Shown here: positions 61,375-64,000 of the stretch, in pieces
How positions within the stretch are numbered: position 1 is the first letter of the stretch
How the letters are laid out: every line of letters starts with the position of its first letter
NCBI RefSeq assembly: GCF_001194135.2
Contig: NC_068992.1
Location: 7,520,092-7,584,091, forward strand
Source of the DNA: Octopus bimaculoides
Taxonomy: Eukaryota
Length of the DNA stretch: 64,000 nucleotides
Direction of reading: 5' to 3'
Notes under the pieces: model-generated
What the model saw: only the letters and a program-made list of their open reading frames with translations
What the model was told of the DNA's origin: nothing
The model's database searches: none
Made by a program: the position numbers and the translations under genes

Positions 61375-62324
61375 TGAGTATTTTTTCCTCTATACCTTTG
61401 TTTAGAGATTGGACAAAAAAAATCTGTTAAAAATACATATTAATATAAGAATACTTAAATATTTTTAAAATCCATTTCTCTTTCTTTACATTTTTCACCC
61501 CCTTACCAATAAATAAAATTCTAGGTAACTTCGAAAATATTCCAACAGTTGAGGGAAAAAATTAGGGGAAAAATATATTCATTTAAATTTCAATTTGTAA
61601 GGGTTACACATCGGAGTATGAAGTAGTGGAGAACGGTATCCTAAACCACTTGAATGAGATTGTTTCGTTTTGAAGGTAATCGCTCAAACAGGGGCAGGTG
61701 TTTTAAACAATATATATGTTTCAGAATTATTGTCATCATTGAAGGAAGTGTTAAAATTAATGACTACCGATCATAATAGTTAAATGTAAGTCACATAGAT
61801 TCTCTGTGGTTGTTTAATATTGGCCTTACTCCGCACAATTTAAAACTCCTTTCGTTTGTTATCTCACTGAGACTTTCAATTCACACATATGTTACAGAAC
61901 TTTGTCACGTTTGAAGGGGAAAAGAATCTTGTGTGAATGTGGTGTATATATGTATGTTTTATGGAGTTAGTAGGAGCAAACATTCGCTTTAGCTCTTTAT
62001 CTTCGAGTCTTTATAAGCAAGCACACCGAACAGGTTCCCAGCAAGCCGGCCCTGCATAACTACAGATGACTGGGTCATTGTAAGAAATGCTTTTAGTAAG
62101 CTGGTCACGAACTAGTGTTTGTTATTATCAAGCAACAGACGCGACATACAGTTTTCCTCGTGAAACCAAATGTAAGTTGTACGGCCTCTTTTCTTGCTTT
62201 TATAACACTGTTAACCCCGTTCTTCAAACCACCTGTCTACCCCTCCCCAGTACGCACTCGCCAACATGGAAAGACATGCTTACTTTATCCCGTCCTTACA
62301 CCACCACTACTACTCTGCTGTATA

Positions 62325-62368
<44 letters not shown>

Positions 62369-64000
62369 TACATATACACATATTTACACACGTGCGCACC
62401 CAGCCAACCACACACATACACATCGCGCGCGCGCACTGATGCTAATATAATTTAATTCTCACACTCTCGGTAAATACGTCCGGCTCAAAGTTTTATTTTC
62501 TTTAACGTACCCGTCCACATGACCTTAAGTAGGGTATTTCATTTCTGAAGTACCGATCGTAGCGATTGTGTTGCTGCTGTTATTAGTGGTGATGAGGATG
62601 TTGGTGATAATGATGATGATGCTATGGGTGTTCTAGTGTCGATAGATGGGACGATGACTATGGCGGTGACGGTGACGGTGGTGGTTGTTTGTTGTACAGG
62701 TGTAGGTCATGGTAGTAGTGATGTCGATGATGATATTGGTGGTGGTGGTTGGGGAAGGCGGCAGTGACGATTGAGAGTCTGAGTTAAGGGGATATTGTTT
62801 ATCTTGTCTGCTCGCTGATAAAACAACTTTCAGCTTGGATTAAATAGACAAAAAAAATAAATGCACACAAATACAAAAACGAGATAAAAACAAAAAAGAT
62901 TGTTTGCGAGACGCACATACACATACCCCCTCCTCTCTGTCTCTCTCTCACACACACACACACACAACATTTCTTTATCGCAAACACATACGCTATTTTG
63001 CACCAAATCACTCCAGTTGCATTTTGTTTCAAAATGGATTTTTCTTTTCTTTTTTGTTTTCGTCAAATTACAAGGTCTCGAAATGAGAAGTGGGTGAAGT
63101 TTATACTTTTCTCACTAGAATTGGTGAAATGAACTGATTTAATCTCAGAACAGGAATCAAGAAAACAACTCAAACGATCGTCTAAGTGAACCAATTTCTT
63201 ATTTTGCTCCAAATGCACGAACTGACAGAGTGAGATAAAACTGTGTGACATTCAAACATTTTTAAGGGTGTAGAACGCTTGAATTAGAAACCGCGTTAGC
63301 TCAGTAACGAGAAATGGGTCTCAGTAGATTAGGCGACTAGCCCTGGGTTTTAACCAAATTTGTCCGGGTAATAAAGAATATAGAAGCATTATTAGTAGGG
63401 TCATTTTCACCTTCACCAACTACGATTTAACGACCAGACCGCTTAAAAGAGACCAGAAGTGTAAGATGTGAGAATTGATTTTAATAGGCAATATATCAAA
63501 ATTGGAATGCAAGTGGCTCGTCAGATTATACAATTATAACGGTACAATCTTTCTTACTAAATTCTTTTTTCTTTAACTAGGTGTCAGGGAAAGGTGAGAT
63601 GTGTAATAGTTTAGTTGTGGATTCCTAGAGACATCAGTGAAATTACCCAGTATTAATCTGCAAGTGACGTAGTATGGCTTTTCGCTACCCTGTGTGGTGG
63701 CCAAATTGGTTGCCCTCTTCTTGAAATGTAACATACCTTTGCTTATAGTAAACACACGTACGAAGAGTGGCCATCATATATGGTCCGCATACATTGCACA
63801 CCTCACTCTACGCCATTGCAATCAACCGAGCATCGAGACCAAATTGCGTTCTCGATTCTCGAGAGATTTGCATATTGTTCTATCAAGAGCTGTCTAGATT
63901 TTATAATTTATTTCTGTCGTTGAGACAAGACCATAAATTTTGCGTGAGTAAGCTCGATACAATCCACATTAGTTCTTGATTAACGCTTTAATTTATCGAC

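Noticed and set aside
63573-63979. Short ORFs at the right end as a third gene
   Set aside because: No recognisable motif or consistent splice structure; could be UTR or promoter of a gene outside the window

Overview
Eukaryotic, AT-rich, microsatellite- and retroposon-rich genomic DNA. The repeat content suggests a coleoid cephalopod, probably Octopus; this is an inference. Two intron-containing genes lie tail-to-tail. (1) On the + strand, 1022-45948 holds the 3' three-quarters of mTOR. I traced 45 exons by hand; all have GT-AG boundaries, phases join consistently, and the spliced CDS is 5813 nt (about 1936 aa plus stop). It covers M-HEAT, FAT, FRB, the PIKK kinase, the regulatory domain and FATC, ending WCPFW*. 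The 5' exons lie upstream of the window. (2) On the - strand, 61035-54930 holds a 6-exon secreted S1A serine protease with a signal peptide, an Arg/aromatic segment, a CBM14 chitin-binding domain, a Ser/Thr linker and a chymotrypsin-like protease domain. Its strongest exon-3 acceptor is out of frame. Introns and the intergenic region carry two tRNA-headed SINE families, RTE LINE fragments and 3' tails, two mariner relics, piggyBac-type and Tc2/pogo-type MITEs, microsatellites and four assembly gaps. The most promising leads are the chitin-targeted, possibly self-activating protease, candidate restorative A-to-I recoding sites in mTOR, a G-quadruplex-flanked skippable exon plus a poly-Ala insert in the mTOR regulatory domain, and near-identical inverted repeats bracketing an in-frame 777-nt FRB/kinase exon block. 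Human mTOR residue numbers are from recall and should be confirmed by alignment. Repeat boundaries are approximate. There are no CRISPR arrays, rRNA or true tRNA genes.
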